From Oikopleura dioica (Eukaryota; Animalia; Chordata): a DNA stretch of 64,000 bases. Positions 62,002-64,000 of the stretch are shown here, in pieces (positions within the stretch are counted from its first letter, which is position 1; every line of letters begins with the position of its first letter). The stretch lies in contig OU015567.1 of assembly GCA_907165135.1 (NCBI GenBank), forward strand, positions 9,114,001-9,178,000. The letters run 5' to 3'. The notes beneath the pieces are model-generated. The model did not search any database and was not told the DNA's origin. It saw only the letters and a program-made list of their open reading frames with translations. A program made the position numbers and the translations under genes.

Positions 62002-64000
62002 CAGGGTTCTAAATCGACTAGTCGAGTTTCGACTAAAGTCGAAGTCGAGTCGAGTCTTAGTCGAAAAGACTAGCTCGACTCGACTTGGTTGATTGTGAGA
62101 GAAAGTCGACTCGACTCGACTAGAAAATCATAAATATGTCGACTTAATTTCGACTAGTCGAATAAGTCGAAAAAGAAGTTAAAGATGTAGTCGAAAAAGT
62201 CGAAAATCAAGTCGAAAAAGTCGAAAATTGAGTCGAAAAAGTCGAAAATTTAGTCGAATAAGTCGATTTGAAAAGTCGAAAACATTCGGCAGTGAACTCA
62301 AATCTTTTCTAGATTTTGTAAACTGACTTTTCTAGACTTCAGAAATGAGCCTCGCGCCAGCATCATTTTCTCGCCGCTTTAGTCGAAGGCAACATGTCGA
62401 AGGACACTTCGAGGCCAAAAAAGAGGAAAATAGACCATGATTTTTCGCTTGATGAAATCTCCGAAATGCCGGAACTTTCTCAGGAATCGACCAATCAGAG
62501 TCAAGAGATCCAGCAGTCTGCGAGTCAGCAAGTTACGGCGGAAATTTTCGATTTGACCCTCGCAGAAGAAAATGTAGTCGACGAGGCTGCATTAAATGAC
62601 CACACATGGGAGAAAATAGAGTCGACTACAATTATCAATTGGCTTAAGAGACAGGATAAAGAAGTTTACGATCTACCAGAAGCTTTTTTCGCCAAACTCG
62701 ACAAAAACGGAATTTTTACCGGAACAGTAAAATGCAACCGTGAGAATTGTCCAACATTTGTGAGCCGCGAGACTAAAAACAAGAAGAATATAAATGTGAA
62801 AACATCTCACTGTAAGCTTTCTACGATGAAGTAATCATAATTCTTTTTAGTTTTGCAGCATCTCAAAGCAGCTCATAAAATCGAAAAAGAAAAAGATTTG
62901 CCTGCTGCTTTTTCACGATTTCGCGCAAGAAAAACACCGACGATTTCCGAAAAAAATAAACAGGAAATACTTGAAATCGAATGCTCTATCTTAAGCGAGT
63001 GCAAGCTTCCAATGAGTTTCTTCCAAAGGCACTGTTTTCAAATTACTTTATTGATGATAACCATGATGCTTTTAGAGAAGCGATCAAAAAACGGGACAAA
63101 GCGATGATGAGATCAGTTGGAATTAACGAGGAAGTGATCGACCAATATATGAGTTCAAGTCCTCATATGATGAAAGAACAAATGAAAAAAAATAATGAAG
63201 AAATGAAGAAGATATTCGTAGAGATTGGTCCTTTTCTCGTTGAAGATGGAACAATGCATCTCGAAATCGATCACAAGAGCATTAAAAAGGGCACACAAGA
63301 CGAAGAGAAACACGGATTTGGAATCGTCGCGATTCTGAATTATGAAGAGATTCATGAACGATACATGATGAGTTTCAAAGCAACAGACTATACCGACACT
63401 GCAACGAACGTCATTTTATTAGAACAATGTTTGAAGGTAAGATTATTATCAAAATTACTCGAAAAACAATGAATCAAGGAATATGGGCTAATCGACGCCT
63501 GGAAAGAGAAAAGAATAATCATCAGTGGCGACTCAAAGATGGTAGGAACCATGGAAGCCCATGCGTGTCTCTGGACGATATGCCTCTCACACACTTTGGG
63601 ATGCGCCGTTGATGGGATACGAGCAAAATCGCCCATTTTCGGAGTCGAAAAGAGCAAGTTTGAAGGTCCTGATAACTTTGTCAAGGAGGCGCGAAAATCA
63701 AGAAAAATACCTCATTCTGCTCCTAAAGGTGAGTTTTCCAAAGATCAAAACAATCTTTTTTTGTCAGAAAATTTTTGCCAAAGACCAAAACAAACCATAC
63801 TTTAGTCAAAAATTATCATAAGATGCAATTGCCAAAGATCATAACAATCAAAATAGTCCAAATAAATATTTTTAGACTCGCCCAAATCGATTTCAAAATA
63901 CTTGCAGAACCAATCAATTACAGAAGTTGCCCAGTTGGACAATTTTTTTCTGTCGTTTCCTGAACAATATCAAGATTACGATCCAGAAGATGAAAAATAT
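62002..64000 (+). mobile_element. hAT-superfamily DNA transposon, left part (runs off the window)
   Basis: Starts with CAGGGTTC, followed by a dense (GTCGA) subterminal array at ~62014-62280 and then a transposase gene. Confidence 0.88.
62394..64000 (+). CDS. hAT transposase with spliceosomal introns (3' truncated by the window)
   Basis: BED finger VKCNRENC...FLQHLKAAH, LPMSFF, first Asp HLEIDH, second Asp ISGDS, and the CxxH motif ICLSHTL. Introns 62812-62850 (GT-AG), 63029-63075 (GC-AG) and 63437-63478 keep the frame. Confidence 0.85.

Noticed and set aside
62981-63107. Frameshift inactivating the transposase
   Set aside because: Explained by the 47-nt GC-AG intron at 63029-63075.

Overview
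Eukaryotic, very gene-dense DNA. Most introns are 35-60 nt and many use GA/GG/GC donors, there are trans-splice-like acceptors, and several protein families are typical of larvaceans. The most consistent source is the tunicate Oikopleura dioica (inference). The left end is a minus-strand, operon-like housekeeping cluster (RRP15, TMEM120, muskelin, SURF6, plus a gene truncated by the window edge). It is followed by NUF2, a divergent glutathione synthetase, SNX3, and a secreted three-finger-like gene whose 5-kb intron hosts two antisense genes. Further right are several orphan secreted or membrane genes, a TSP1 protein, a kringle-trypsin protease, lipin, a Cys-rich/kelch protein, Jupiter/HN1, a CUB protein and an Ig-domain gene. 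There are nine non-autonomous TIR elements, including a nested cluster at 36.6-39.4 kb, and an intron-containing hAT transposase at the right end. The most notable observation is a divergent kinase fused to a cryptic papain-like protease domain with papain's exact Q+6=C and H+16=N spacing. Others are a MITE inserted inside a 5' splice site of SURF6, a changed substrate loop in GSS, and a candidate neuropeptide precursor. All gene models were spliced by hand, so exon boundaries are approximate where stated.
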